A DNA stretch of 64,000 bases from Podarcis melisellensis (lineage: Eukaryota): the NCBI GenBank assembly GCA_964234715.1, contig OZ174275.1; one strand, written 5' to 3'. A model generated the notes under the pieces. It had not been told where the DNA came from. It did not search any database and worked only from the letters and a program-made list of their open reading frames with translations. The position numbers and the translations under genes are program-made. Positions 25,147 through 38,751 of this stretch are shown here, one piece after another (within the stretch, counting starts at the first letter, position 1; each line of letters starts with the position of its first letter).

Positions 25147-25660
25147 CATAAGAGCATAAGAAGAGCTTGCTGGATCAGGCAGATGGCCCTTCCTGTCCAG
25201 CATCCTGCTTTCACAGTGGCCAACCAGATGCCTGTGGGAAACCCACGATCATGGCTCAAGCACAAGAGCACCTGCCCCTCCTGTGGTTTCCAGCAACTGG
25301 TATTCAGAAGCATTGCTGCCTCCCAGTGGCGTAGCGTGGGGGGTGCAGGGGGCGCAAATCCACGGGTCAGGGGGCGCAAATTACTTGCCTTGCCCCGGGT
25401 GCTGACAACCCATGCTACGCCACTGCTGCCTCCAACTGTGGAGGCTGAGCAGAGCCATGATGGCCTGTAGCCTTCGATATCTCTTTTCTCCATGAATTTG
25501 TCTAATCCTCTTTTAAAGCCATCTTAGGTTGGTGGCCAACACAGCCTCCTGTGGAAGCGAGTTCCATAGTCTTGTGCGAAGAAGAAGTACTTTTTTTTTA
25601 TCTTCCCTGAATCTTCCAACATACAGCTTCTTTGGGTGTCCAGGAGTTCTAGTATGGTAA
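25147..25660 (-). mobile_element. CR1 LINE 3' end, interrupted by a hAT MITE
   Basis: CATAAGAGCATAAGAAGAGC..TGCTGGATCAGG tail and antisense ORF2 end (TCTAATCCTCTTTTAAAGCC...GAGTTCCATAG). Confidence 0.85.
25324..25425. mobile_element. hAT MITE (CAGTGGCGTAGCGTGGG family), copy 2
   Basis: TIR CAGTGGCGTAGC; 8-bp TSD CTGCCTCC. Confidence 0.92.
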
Positions 25661-25912
25661 GCTGGCATGTGAAATCAGCCACATTGCAAATTGTGTGAGA
25701 TACTTGTTGGTACACTGGTGATTTGTGCTTTTGTCACCTGACTTTGTGCACATTTGTTTGTATTTCTATAAACACTCGAATTACGTTTTTTAAGTAATTT
25801 ATTTTATTCATTATGGAGAATCATCCCAGATATGCTTGTTGTTTCCTTTTCTTAGGTTCCATATACAAAAAAACACACCCTCACACAACTCTCTTGTAGA
25901 AGGTCTTCATGT

Positions 25913-25926
25913 TCACTAGGTGGCAC
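25913..25926 (+). promoter_or_regulatory. CTCF-like motif
   Basis: TCACTAGGTGGCAC. Confidence 0.35.
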
Positions 25927-26684
25927 TGTCTCTGTGTGGTGTGGGACCCACCTGAATACTAAGGCAAAATGCTCTATGTACCTGGGGTATCAGAGGACCT
26001 CAGCCTGGAAACAGAAACTAATTTTATAACAAGACACCTTGTGGAACAGATAACTGAAGTCTCTTATCTGATGATGAATTTGAGAAGCATATGTACCTGC
26101 ACACACGTTTTGTTAGAAGAACTGGGCATCACCACCGTTTGTGTCCCTTAAATCTGTGAATATTTTAATATAATCTGTTTTCAGCTATCGTTATAACAGA
26201 TATAAAAATGACCTGACACTGTTACTTAATTAGAATGTGCTGCAACATTGCCAGAGCAACATTCATCTAAGCCAAATATTCTGTCTCAGATGCTTGGGAG
26301 GTGAAAGAGGGGGGGGGGACCTATTACCTGCCAAGAGGAAATATCTCTTTGGGATCTCATTAGCTGCAACCCAGGCGATGATAAGAAATTAACTGAATAT
26401 TTTAAAAAGTATTTAATCTCAACCAACAGGAATAGAGTTCCAGCTGCTTTCATGGTATTTGGCCAATATCAAAGTGTCAAGGAAGAACACATTCTAAAAT
26501 ACAGATTATTGAACAATTTATACAATCATCATATCCATGTGTAAAATTATTTTGAAAACAGCCATGCAGTTTTCCTGGATGTAAACACTAAGTACATGAT
26601 CCAGTGAAAATTAAGCACTCCTTTGATTTCAATGGGAAAGGGAGAAGTACATGAGAAACTCTTCCACTAAACTCTCTGGGAAGT

Positions 26685-27023
26685 AAAGGTAAAGGGGCCC
26701 CCGGACCGATAGGTCCACTCGTGGACGACTCTGGGGTTGCGGCGCTCATCTCGCTTTATTGGCCGAGGGAGCTGGCGTACAGCTTCCAGGTCATATGGCC
26801 AGGATGACTAAGCCACTTCTGGCGAACCAGAGCAGTGCACGGAAACGCCATTTACCTTCCCGCTGGAGCGGTACCTATTTATCTACTTGCACTTTGACAT
26901 GCTTTCAAACTGCTAGGTTGGCAGGAGCTGGGACAGAGCAATGGGAGCTCACCCCGTCGCGGGGATTCGAACTGCTGACCTTCTGATCGGCAAGTCCTAG
27001 GCTCTGGTTTAACCCACAGCGCC
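26685..27023 (-). mobile_element. Sauria (Squam1) SINE
   Basis: Antisense (ACCTTT)n tail AAAGGTAAAGG and head GGTTTAACCCACAGCGCC; highly similar to copies at 43194 and 59214. Confidence 0.93.
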
Positions 27024-28049
27024 TGACAGGAAGGCTGGAAGCGGGGCGTGACTGACCTACTGCCCTAATGCCAATGAACAGAAGCCTGCATATATATATA
27101 TTCTCCCCAATATAAATGTGTAACGCAAATTGTTAGGGCATTTTCACTAGTGTCTTTAAACCCACTTCAATTATTACTCACAAATACTTCACAATATCAA
27201 AAGCTGATTCATGTGTCTCCTTCGAGCAGCACATTCCCATGCTTGTCTAGCCATTGTTACTCTCCTGCTCAGCGTATAATGAATACAAAAGCCTTTATTA
27301 TAATGGTAGAGGCAAAATGAAAAAATATCCTTTCCCAAAATATGGCTCAATAGCAGTTGATAGAAGACCAGTTGTAGCACTGAATGTCTTCACAGGTGAC
27401 ACAAAAAGAACACAAAAGTTGATATGTGAATTCGCAGAACGAAAACTGGACTCTGTGCATTCAGAAATGAATCACTGCAATCCGCAGGTGTACTCAAATT
27501 GTGCAAGAGAGACTAAAGATAATTATGAATAACACTTGAACACAAATTGCTCTTTGACTTACCTATGCCTCACCACTGCAAAGATAGCCACAAACACTTC
27601 AGAATAAAAAGCAAAATATTGTTGATTAATTGCAACTCTGGTTGTTGTTCTAAGGTTTATATGGATTGTATTCATGGCCAGGATTTTAAAAACTGTAAAA
27701 CAAGTTCTGTTAGTCCAAAGACGTTTTAGATTTGTTTTTATCAAACAGCACTACCTGACCTCCCAATATGCTGCATGGCAATGCTTTAAAAACAAAGTTT
27801 TCATGCATGCTTTTAGAAGTTTGTGGTATTGCTCAAAAGCAAAAAATCCCATGGGGCCAGTTGAAGTTCCTGATGTGAGCCTAAACAGCTATTTGGATCT
27901 TAGCCAGTAATTCTTCCCACCATAACAAGAGCAACTTCCCCCCTAATGCTGGAGTGATGCGAGTCCTTTATTCACAATATAGCATGAACACTGCAGAAAT
28001 GCAGTTGTAGAGGCACCGTGCAGCTTATATGCTTCATTATTATTTAGTA

Positions 28050-28274
28050 CAGTGGTACCTTGGGTTACAGACGCTTCAGGTTACAGACGCTTCAGGTTAC
28101 AGACTCTGCTAACCCAGAAATAGAACCTTGGGTTAAGAACTTTGCTTCAGGATGAGAACAGAAATCGCATGGCAGCAGGCCCCATTAGCTAAAGTGGTAC
28201 CTCAGGTTAAGAGCAGTTTCAGGTTAAGAACGGACCTCCAGAACAAATTAAGTTCTTAACACGAGGTACCACTG
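28050..28274. mobile_element. Tc1/mariner MITE, same family as 6182-6423
   Basis: TIR CAGTGGTACCT/AGGTACCACTG; TA on left, CA on right. Confidence 0.88.
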
Positions 28275-28379
28275 CATAAGTATTTTTATACTAGCCTTCA
28301 GTCACATTCTAAGGGCACTTTACAAAAGAAAGAAAACAATTGAAATGTGAACAAAAAACACCAGAATAAACAAAAAGCC

Positions 28380-28380
<1 letters not shown>

Positions 28381-28421
<41 letters not shown>
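28381..28421. repeat. (AAT)n microsatellite
   Basis: Read directly. Confidence 0.95.
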
Positions 28422-31400
28422 GAGATGTAATGGCACAAAATAGCTGGGTTACAATTGTATCTAAAAAGCTCTGATTTGGCATAAGGCAGTTTCCTGTGCT
28501 CTATGTTCCTTATAATAGTTTTACCACATATCCTTGTGGCATGTTTTTTTAAAAAATCAATTTTAAAAGAACTTCAATATTACATGGGCAAGGGTCAGGG
28601 AAGGCTATGGGTAGAATTCAGTGTTGCGCTGTCACAAACATTCTGCCTTCAAAAGCATTTCAGCTTGCCAGAAAGAACTGTCTCCCTCGCTTCCTCCATG
28701 CACTGTTCTAAGGGTTTTCTCTACCCTCTGAACCAATTTCAGGGGCACAGGAGGCACACAGGGGCCAGAGAGGCAGAAAAGCCCCACTGGGCAAGCAGAA
28801 ACCCATGAACAGGACTGCCACTGACAAAGTTCGGTCAATCTCACCTATGTCTACTTATTAATGATATCACAGATGCTTTCCAATACGTGTTGGTGCAAAA
28901 CTGACAAGTGTTCATCATAACATATGGTAGGTACTTGTGCTTCTGCTGGGAAATAACATATATTGCACTTAATAAGACTAAAGACATCGCTGAGTGGACA
29001 TTAATCATAACTAAAAGTACAGAGCATTCATCCAAAGGAGAATCAACATTAACTTGTTAAAATATTTTGCTGTTTTGTCCCTCTGAAACTAACACGCCAA
29101 AGAAAAGCTTGTCACGACTTTTTACCAACTCCCTATTCATATCCACCTACAAATTCTTAATAACATCTCCTGTAATTTGTGAGCTCTTTTATGAAAGCTA
29201 AAATAATCCTAGAGGCAAATGGTCATGACTTATTGTCCAAGCAACTGACTGTAATAAGTACAGTATGTGCAGTACATGTGATATAATGTTGCTATGCAGG
29301 ACAATAAGCAGATGTTTGCAAATGTTTTAAAATTCTCAGCTTCTGTGACCACAAAACTAATTTAGATCCTTAGTTAAATCCTAAACATGTTCCCTGCCAC
29401 CCACCAAAAAAACACCCACTCTCCTCAATTGGATTTATTCCCAGGTAAGTGTGTTTCTGATTGCACCCTTAAACTACCACCTATTACTATGCAGCTGTAA
29501 TATCCAGTGTCACATAAATGTTAATTTGGAAATCTGTTCATTTGATTAGATTATATAATTTCTATACCGCTTAATATTTTAAAAATATGTCTAAGCGGTG
29601 TACAAAAAAAACTGAAGCAACAACAGGCAACTTAAACAAAATATTACAAAAATACATAGCTACATATAAAAAATGTTACATTAAGACAAAGTTACTAATA
29701 TAGAGAGATCAATTCATTTTCCTTCTGGCACACCCTCTCTCTTAGCCTCCAAGTTTTATGGACCTAAGATCATATTCTATCTATTGGTTTACTTTGTTTC
29801 TCAGCTGCATGTTAAAGCTACATATTATATTTCAGCACCTGAAATTATCTGAATTTGGTTTATAGATCAAAGTATAATTATTTTTGTTTTAAATTTTACA
29901 TTTGTTTCTGTATGTGTTCTCAGGCTTAATGATGAAGAGCTAGAGGATGTCTACCATGGTCTATAAATTCCTCATAAATTGGTAGCTTTAGTGTTTGGTC
30001 ATGAAGATGGTACCTTTAATCACCCTTTGAACTGGTGCCTGCAATAACAAATCAAACAAGTCAATGTATAACATGTGGCTTTGTGGAAGACATCCAAGCT
30101 TGGTACTCAGAAGACACAAAGGGGTTCTGTCTCATTTTCACAAGATTGTCCCGTTTTCTTCTGGATGATATGAAACTAACTATCTCATTGGCTCCTATTA
30201 TTCTTGATGAAGAGATCTGAACCTTTAAAAACAGAAGCAACCTTTCATACGGAGCAAGTACCTGCAGACTTTGCTATGGTCAGTGTGGCTATGTGCATAC
30301 CCTGTTTCAATGAGCTTGTGTGAGATACTTGCTTGTGTAAGTTATTTGCTTGATGGCACACAACTTGGCATTGTATCTGAGATTTCACCTCAATGGGGCT
30401 TTAAAAAATAATATTAAGAAAATATTTGGAATTAGCTAATTTACAAACACTGTACATAGACAAAAGGAGGAAAACGTATCACTAGCCTTAGCAGAAATTT
30501 ATTAATTGCTATAGTGATAAATGCATTAATTACCAGAAAACGTATTTTAGACAACAGCCACTGAAACATCCTATTTTTGTTATTTAATCATTTGTTATAT
30601 ATCTATTTCTTTGAACATATTTGATATATATACTTACTCTCTCTTTTTGAAAATAAAAAATATTATAAAAATAAAAATAGTTTCTAGTCCTCATAGTGTA
30701 TAATGTTTAAGTTGGAAATGAGACTGGGGGCTGTTAAGGGATCTGGGAAGAATTTTAATTGAACAAAGAATCAGGATCCATGCCATACTCACCTATTCTC
30801 TATCCATATCCACTATATTTCTTCTCACTGAAACTGTTTATATCCAAATTCCATGCTCTTCTTCTTCCTTCACTGGCCACTACCATCCCATTCCTAACTA
30901 GAAAACTCTAAAACTCTGGACTCTTATTAGACTCTGACTAAAATGTTCTCCTAGGAAAGGCTTACATGCATGACTCAAAACAAATGCTCTCCCCACCCTT
31001 GGAACCACAGCATTTCCCTTTTTAGTACTTCAGAAGCAAACACTTCCTCCTCTATGTTGTTCTGTATAATGCAAGATTTTGAAGGGCAGAAACTGCTGAA
31101 GTGCACAGCACAGTTAATAGTTATTGACTGTGCAAGGAAACAAGAACATTTCCCATCCTGCAGGAACTTGAGCTGTAACAGAGAATACTACTTATTTGTT
31201 CATTCTCAGCTCTTATCTTCGTTATGGAATTTTAGGAGCCAATCTAGCTGAATCCTTATACTCTCCTGATGGTTTATTCAAAGGTCCATCTGGGTCATAT
31301 TAATTACTATCCTTCTCCTCCCAATACTATACATCTCAAGTAGCTTCTAAAAGGGTTTTTAAAGACAGGTTCGAACTATAAAAGGTAGGTGCACCTATCT

Positions 31401-32019
31401 TGAATTCTGATTTCCAAACTACATTCTGATTACATTTTTTGCTTATGTTCTCTTTAATAACGGCTAGAAACACAATGGCGTTTGAAACAGCACTGAAACT
31501 GTATGCTTTCAGAAGCATATCCTTCAACAATGAGATCAAATAGTATAGCAAAATGTCCAGTGACAACAATGCCTTCTTATTAGGCATCCACAATTCAGCA
31601 AAGAAACAGAAGAATTAAAATCCAAAATTATACTACTCTTACCTACAGTGGTGCTAAGGAGCTACGGGTATAAAGGTGATCCTTTAAAATAAATGGTTAC
31701 ACATCCCAAAGGGCTATTGAGTTAGAAAAGGGTTTACCTAGCAAATAAGAGTTCAGACTGAAAAGAGCTTAGGATGGCTTGAGTAAGTGTGCTACAACAA
31801 ACAACAACAACAATCAAGAGCTAAGCAGTACTATGTCTTCCATAGCAAAGGATGCTAACGGAAGAACCCAAGCTGCAGGTACTCTCAGTTTACTGAAGAA
31901 TTCGGTTCTCTACATACTTCAGAATGTTGACACTAAAGAGATGGCAAATGGCAAATGGTTCATATTAGTCATTAGCATTCCTGTTACTTTATAGGTGAGG
32001 AATTGAGATGGAGGGGTCA

Positions 32020-32200
32020 GGAGCATAGCTCAGCAGCAGAGTGGATGTTTTGCAAGAAAGAGATCTTAGGTTCAATTCCTGGCACTTCCCTCTTGGGAAA
32101 TGGGAAACACTTCCAGGAGAGCTAATATCACTCAGAGCAACAGGGGGGGCTAGATGGACAAATAAACCTGATATGGCAGAAGGTAGGCTCCCTGTTTTCC
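32020..32200 (+). mobile_element. Degenerate Squam2-like SINE
   Basis: ATAGCTCAG..GGTTCAATTCCTGGCA head and GCTAGATGGAC tail. Confidence 0.5.
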
Positions 32201-32660
32201 ATGGTTACCCAGCGAATTCAGTGCTGAGCGAGGATGGAACCTGAAGACCAGCTGTAGACCTCTAGCCACAGAGGGTCATAAAAACTCAAAAGTACCCATT
32301 CCTTTGGATTTTCCTGGCTCTTGGATGACAAGGACGCACAAAGCAAACATGACACAGGTGAGAGAAGTAATTGGAAGGAATATATGTGAAGAGATGTCAT
32401 GAGAAAAGAATGATCTTTGGGTTTGGGTTTCTCTCTTGGGCATAATATCCAATCAGCACCTTTAGAAGTCTCAGTCTTAGTTGGGTTATACCACTTTCGC
32501 ACAAGGAGGGAACGGGAGTCCAGTGGAGTCCCATTTCAACTGTATACTTTCTTCAGGGAGATTTTAATTTGTGTAAATGAGTGTTTTTAATTTGGCATAC
32601 TACGCTTTATCTCTATTATCATCTCATTTGATTTTAAACCCAGTTTCACCCTCCTGACTG

Positions 32661-32810
32661 AATTCCATTTGATACATTAGGAGTAATTCTCTTCCCAAAG
32701 GGTTAGACGTTTTCTCTCAACATAAAAGTCGCTTATTTTGGATAAAGAGACGATTAGATTTATCTTTAATATTTTAATGGCAGTCAGGATTATTGGGTGG
32801 GCAGCCCCGG
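32661..32810 (-). promoter_or_regulatory. Probable orthologue of the Vsx2/Chx10 bipolar-cell enhancer
   Basis: Minus strand reads TAATCCTGACTGCCATTAAAATATTAAAGATAAATCTAATCGTCTCTTTATCCAAAATAAGCGACTTTTATGTTGAGAGAAAACGTCTAACCC...CTAATGTATCAAATGGAATT, matching my recollection of the mouse ~164-bp element; contains TAATCC and TAATCG sites. Confidence 0.8.
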
Positions 32811-34049
32811 TTTCGTTTGTTGGTGAGGGATTAGACTCTAATAAACTATTCAGATTGAGATTTTCTCCCTGTTTTTTCCCCAGAAAGTACTTGTATTTAT
32901 GTTTTTTTTTTTTAAAAAACACAACACTTATTTTTAAGTCATAAATTCCATTTGCTGGTTCCTATTAGTATTAAATCAAGTTGATTACATTCGTAGTGAC
33001 TATCTGCACATATATCTTTTTAATTTTAACATGCACAGCATAAAATCTTTAATGATGCCATTGCAGAGACCTCCAACATGCATTCCTGTTAAAACAGATG
33101 AAAACTACGATCTACTCTAGAACCACAGGGATAAAGTGTGGATGGAGAAGAGCCAGAAGTGAGCAGTTTCCTAAACTGCCTACCCAAGCTTTAGGCTGAA
33201 TTCTTACATAACTTTTTTTCTGACATGAGAAGTAATATCTATGTGTGTAGCAGGGGCACTGTTATGTTTCTAATTTACATCTGATAGCTATGTCCTGAAG
33301 CCACAACTAGCAAAGGTAGTAGAACAACTAGCCTTTAGCTTGCTGGAGACAGACAATAGCCTCTAAAAGAGCCGGAGTTGTGTTGCTTGCTCTGAACACA
33401 CACATTTCTTTTCTTTTTTGAAGTGTCATCTCTGGTCAATTTTTTTCCCAGGCTTTTGAAGCACTGAAAAAACCTGTGGTGATTGTGGAGTAAATATACA
33501 TAACAGAGGTACATACCTCTGAAGAAGAAAAGCATATTCTGCCTGCAGCCTAGAGGAAAAAAACTAGTTCTATCAACATATAAAGACTATGCAAAACTTC
33601 ATCACATGTCCACGAGGTGTGTTCTCAAACCCATGTTTACCAAGGTAATATACCTGTGGGGAGGAGGTACAGGAGGGTTAGAGGAGAACCAACAGGCAGG
33701 AGTTAACTCATTTAACACATACACAAACACTCCCAGGAACACATTTCCTCTTCTGTAGGTTTTATTCCTATAAAGATTTCATATGCCCTGATGTCACTAC
33801 GCTGCATATCAGGGCAAAAATTGTACAAAAGTGTGTGGGGGGGTGTTGGTGTCTGTTCAGGGGGTCTCTTTGGTGAAATGCCAACAGGTCTGAGGTGTTC
33901 TGATACACCCGAGTGTTTAATATGTTCTAGTTCACATTCCCTTAAAAAACTGCACAATCTGGCAAATCGAAAGGGATCTCTTCTCTAAAACCGGTACGAG
34001 ATGAAAGCCAGTGCCCTGAGGTCAAAACCCAACATGCCTTCTCTGCCTT

Positions 34050-34830
34050 TCTCGGATTGGTTTTTTTTTGTTAAGGCTAATCGGAAACTTGGTAATAGAA
34101 TAAAATGTCAGCAAAGTAGAAATCAATAAAGTGCTAATACTCCGGGACTTTCACTGCTAGGCCAACCCTCGTCCCTCCTCCCTCTTCCCTTCCCTTCCTC
34201 CCTCTCCCCCCATCCCCTCGCCAGCCACCCGCCTCATCTTGCCCCTTTGATTTCAGTCCCTTCTCTAATCCCCACCTCATCAGCTCTCGGGAAGGGTTGA
34301 TCTGCAGCAGAAAATCCCTCATTCGGGGCAAAATCAGCTTAATTTGCAGCAATTTGTAGCAGGTCTTTGCTGGGATTTGAGTCTCAAATTATCCTGGCGG
34401 GTGGGGGCGGCAGGCCGCGCAATATGGGCCGCGATTTCTCTAGTCCTCCCGGTTTGCAGAGATTTGTCTGGGGAATAATTACAGCTGCTACGCCGGCCTG
34501 GGGTCCCCTCCCTGGGCTCGGAGATCCCCAACCCCAACGGCAGGGCCTGGCACCAGGATAGCAGCCAAACACGGAGCCCTCGGATTAGCAGCTCGAATGG
34601 CAAATGCAAAGCAACAATTAATAATAAAAAATGGGCGCCTCCCTCCCGCCTCTGTCTTGGAGGGAAGGGGCAGGCAGGCAAGCAGGCAGGCTGGTCTTGC
34701 TCCTGGGCTTATAATGGAGACGCGAGGAAAGGGAAGGAGAAGAGAAGGGGACCTTGTGGCCTCAGGCCTAGAGATCAGAGGGGGACTTTCTTCTAATGCA
34801 GCTAATTACAGCCATAGCGTTGCTGCTTTG
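34050..34830. promoter_or_regulatory. CpG-containing candidate enhancer with K50 and Q50 homeodomain sites
   Basis: TAATCG ~34078, TAATCC 34266-34271, GGATTA 34582-34587, CTAATTA ~34802; no TE hallmarks. Confidence 0.5.
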
Positions 34831-34904
34831 CCTGGCAACTCGTCATGGGATCCCCCACAGCACCCCTACAATAGGGCACCCCCAACAAGTATAGCCTGCA
34901 CATA

Positions 34905-35397
34905 TAGTGGTACCTTGATTCTCAAACGGCTTGGTACTCAAATAACTTGGAACGCAAACACTGCAAACCCGGAAGTAAGTGTTCCGGTTTACGAACATTT
35001 TTGGAAGCTGAATGTGCTCCGTTTTGAGTGCCACGCTGCTGTTTTGAGTGTTATGCTGAGGTCTGTCCGTTTTTGCTTTTTACCGTATTTTGTGTTTTTG
35101 TTTCTGCAGCTCTTTTTTGTTTTGTTTTTGTGACTGTGTGGAGCCCAGTTCAGCTACCGACTGATTGATTGTGTGACTGCATTACATTGTTTATTGCTTT
35201 CATTTTGTGGATCAGTAGTCTCGTTAGATAGTAAAATTCATGTTAAATTGCTGCTTTAGGGGTTGTTTTTAAAAGTCTGGAACAGATTAATCCATTTTGC
35301 ATTACTTTATATGGGAAAGTGCGCCTTGGTTTTGGAACGCTTTGGTTTTGGAACGGACTTCTGGAACGGATTAAGTTTGAGAACCAAGGTACCACTG
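34905..35397. mobile_element. Tc1/mariner (Tigger-like) non-autonomous element
   Basis: TIR (T/C)AGTGGTACCTTG.TTCTCAAAC / GTTTGAGAACCAAGGTACCACTG; TA TSD. Confidence 0.88.
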
Positions 35398-35539
35398 TAT
35401 AGCCTCAAACTGAAAAGTTCCCACAACTTGGCAACTCGTCATGTCACCTCACCTGTAACAACCTCATAACGCCAAAGGAGCCTTTTAATAGAAAGGGATG
35501 GGTAGGAACAAGACAGATTGTTTTGAGAGGTTTCCTCCA

Positions 35540-35725
35540 AGTCACTGATCTAGGGGCTTCCAATCCATGCTCTTTGTGCCATGAGACTTGCCTTGAACAA
35601 GTCACTATCTCTGAGCCTAACCTACTTCACAGGGTGGCTATGCAGATAAAAGGGGCTGGAGAGCTGTATATGAAACCTTGAGATCCTAGGGGGAAACAGG
35701 GGGGGGGGATATAAATTAAATTAAA
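35540..35725 (+). mobile_element. MIR/Squam3-like SINE remnant
   Basis: Core CCTTGAACAAGTCACTATCTCTGAGCCTAACCTACTTCACAGGGTGG. Confidence 0.55.
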
Positions 35726-36036
35726 GAAACCTCCACAAAACCCCTGTCCACCTACTGAAGTATCCCAAACACCCCATTTGGAAATGATTGAAGAAGGTGC
35801 ACTAAGTCAAGTCAGTTCAAACATGTCTGCTTGCAGGCAATGTGTCCCAAGCTGCTGTTCATTAAAGCCACTTTCCTCAAAGCATCACTTCTCTTTTTGC
35901 TTTCCTTTAAATGTCCTGGAACTTTGTGGTGCCTGGCAGTAAGTGTGAAGCATACACAGAAAATGTCCAGGTACAATACAATAGCTTCACCTTGCCATAA
36001 AAGTGCACTCACATACTTATTATAAGGCGGCATGCG

Positions 36037-36144
36037 GATGGTGTTAGACTACAGCTCCCAGAAACTGACTATGGGGGGTGCTGGCTGGGGGTGAAAGGAA
36101 TGGAGTCCCATACCACCTGGAGGGCCACAGAACTGCCATCCCTG
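36037..36144. mobile_element. Partial palindromic hAT MITE (family of 47764-47899)
   Basis: ACTACAGCTCCCA...CTGGAGGGCCACAG..CCATCCCTG. Confidence 0.5.
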
Positions 36145-37932
36145 TTACAAGGTTTTGCCTTCTACTCACTGCTGCCCATGCCTCTTCTCTGTTATTCAGC
36201 AGCACAACATAACTGGAGGTGCACCATTCTTTTAACTTCCCTTGTTTCAGTCTTCTGAAAAATGAACCAAGCAGCAAAATCCATTGCCTCCCTCCCAGAG
36301 ACAGAGCCCTGAGTGGTTGCTTGTTGTATGTGGCTGGACGGCATAACTAGCTATTATCTGGACGTCCTATCCCCTGTTGCTTATTGACCCATATTTCATG
36401 AGAGCAATACAGCAACTAAGAATTAAAACTGTGTAACAAGATAATGACTGGGTTGCCAGAGATTGTGGAGAAACCACAGGTCCAACACAGGAACATTTGG
36501 GCAAACATATTCACCATATTAAAGGAATTGGGTATTTATGATAAATCCTCATCCCAGTCTTTATCTTATGTTTTCATTCATTCTATATTACTGGGGGGGG
36601 ACCTTAAAAAGTAGAGATTGAGTATAACCACTCTGTTGGAATTTGAACTCTTAAGTCCCCAGGTTCAAAACCAAGACTGAGAGATGAACTACGTATTCTA
36701 GACCAAGAATTGGGAATCTGTGCCTTTTCCATATCTGCCATCATTTGAGACTATTGGCCATGCTGACTGGGGCTGATGGAAATTGGAGCGAAAAAGCATC
36801 TGGAGTGCCATATGTATTGTTTTAAGGAATGCTGTTATATGATCCCACTTAGCTGCCCTACTCAGCACCTGGGCAGTCACTTTCAGCATGAACAGCAGTT
36901 TTCAAGAGAAGCGCCATGTAGAGCTCATTGCAGTAGTCCAGTCATGAGGTCATCAGATTGGATTACTGAGGCCAGCCTACCAAAGTTCAAGAAGAGCCAT
37001 AACTGGCAAGCCAGCCATAACTGGATAAAGGCACTCTTTGTCACTGACAAATCTGCAGCCACTCAGTTACCTTGCCCTAAAAGGATCCTAGCAATTGGGG
37101 AGTAGTTGTCCAACACTGCAAGGTTTAGTGAGCCCAGCTCTTAAGGACGGGCCACACCTTCACCTCTTTGAAGGTGACAGGCATTACTCCTTCCTGCACT
37201 TGCAGCATTAATCAGTCATGGATCTGCCCAGCTAGCTCTTATAAGGCCAAGATGGGCAAGAATCCAGAGGACACATGGTTGGCTAATCTCTGTGCTTGTC
37301 CTCCTGTCCACATCATCAGGACACAAATGCTAAAACTGCTCCCATAAAATGTGACCAGATGGCATTCTGGACACCTTGACAAGAACTGCAGTAACCGTGG
37401 CTTCAAATTCAGAGCAAATGCCAGCGATTTTACCTTTGGAAAATTGTTACAGCAGGCTGTACCAAATCCTGGCCAGGCTTAATGGGCCTGGACACAACCC
37501 TAAAAAACTCTGCTGGACAGTTCACTGAGGATGCAATGGTGGTAGAGAAGTAAGCTTCCTTTACCACCACCATATGGTAGGTTCAATTACACGCTCTAAG
37601 CTGTGTTTGGTCATATTCACTTGTATCACTTGCATTCTAGCCATCTACCAGTCTGTTTATGTCCCAGAGCTCCTTGGAAAACCAGGGAGCTTTCCAGACT
37701 CCACTGCACTGGAGAAAGCCCTTGAGAACAAGCAATACTGTTCACGGCCCTTTCCAGAGCAAAACCAAGGCGTCGGCAGGAGTTACACACACTCATGCCA
37801 ACAGAAAGCCCTCCCTCCAAAAAAAGCATTCAGGAATCCCTTGGGAGTCCATAAGCCTCAAGGGACAAACCATCTGAATTGGTCACTCCTGCAAAGATTA
37901 GTTGCTTCCAATCCAACCCTTTTATTTTTATA

Positions 37933-38021
37933 GATGACAGATAGATAGATGGTACATGATAGATAGATAGATGATAGATAGATAGATGATAGACAGACAG
38001 ACAGATAGATAGACAGATGAT
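37933..38021. repeat. (GATA)n/(GACA)n microsatellite running into the gap
   Basis: Read directly. Confidence 0.95.
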
Positions 38022-38510
38022 NNNNNNNNNNNNNNNNNNNNNNNNNNNNNNNNNNNNNNNNNNNNNNNNNNNNNNNNNNNNNNNNNNNNNNNNNNNNNNN
38101 NNNNNNNNNNNNNNNNNNNNNNNNNNNNNNNNNNNNNNNNNNNNNNNNNNNNNNNNNNNNNNNNNNNNNNNNNNNNNNNNNNNNNNNNNNNNNNNNNNNN
38201 NNNNNNNNNNNNNNNNNNNNNNNNNNNNNNNNNNNNNNNNNNNNNNNNNNNNNNNNNNNNNNNNNNNNNNNNNNNNNNNNNNNNNNNNNNNNNNNNNNNN
38301 NNNNNNNNNNNNNNNNNNNNNNNNNNNNNNNNNNNNNNNNNNNNNNNNNNNNNNNNNNNNNNNNNNNNNNNNNNNNNNNNNNNNNNNNNNNNNNNNNNNN
38401 NNNNNNNNNNNNNNNNNNNNNNNNNNNNNNNNNNNNNNNNNNNNNNNNNNNNNNNNNNNNNNNNNNNNNNNNNNNNNNNNNNNNNNNNNNNNNNNNNNNN
38501 NNNNNNNNNN
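38022..38510. other. Assembly gap (N run)
   Basis: Ns. Confidence 1.
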
Positions 38511-38751
38511 CCCTCAAATGAGTGGTCTCTATATTCCCTGCATTTGCATTTTATTGTCTAAACTCCGGCATATGCATTTTCAGCATCCTGAGCCCAACTG
38601 AGCCCCTCAACCTTACTCCCCAAACCTGAACGAACGAGCTTCTGTTTGCCCTCTAGGCCTCCTATAGCTGCTGCTTTTGCCCTAAACTGATCAGCAACAA
38701 CAGAGTTTGGGTTTGTCTCTTAACCTTTACTTTTATTTTCAGTCACATCTC

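Noticed and set aside
37858-38601. ORFs of 194-219 aa
   Set aside because: Artefacts of translating through the N gap
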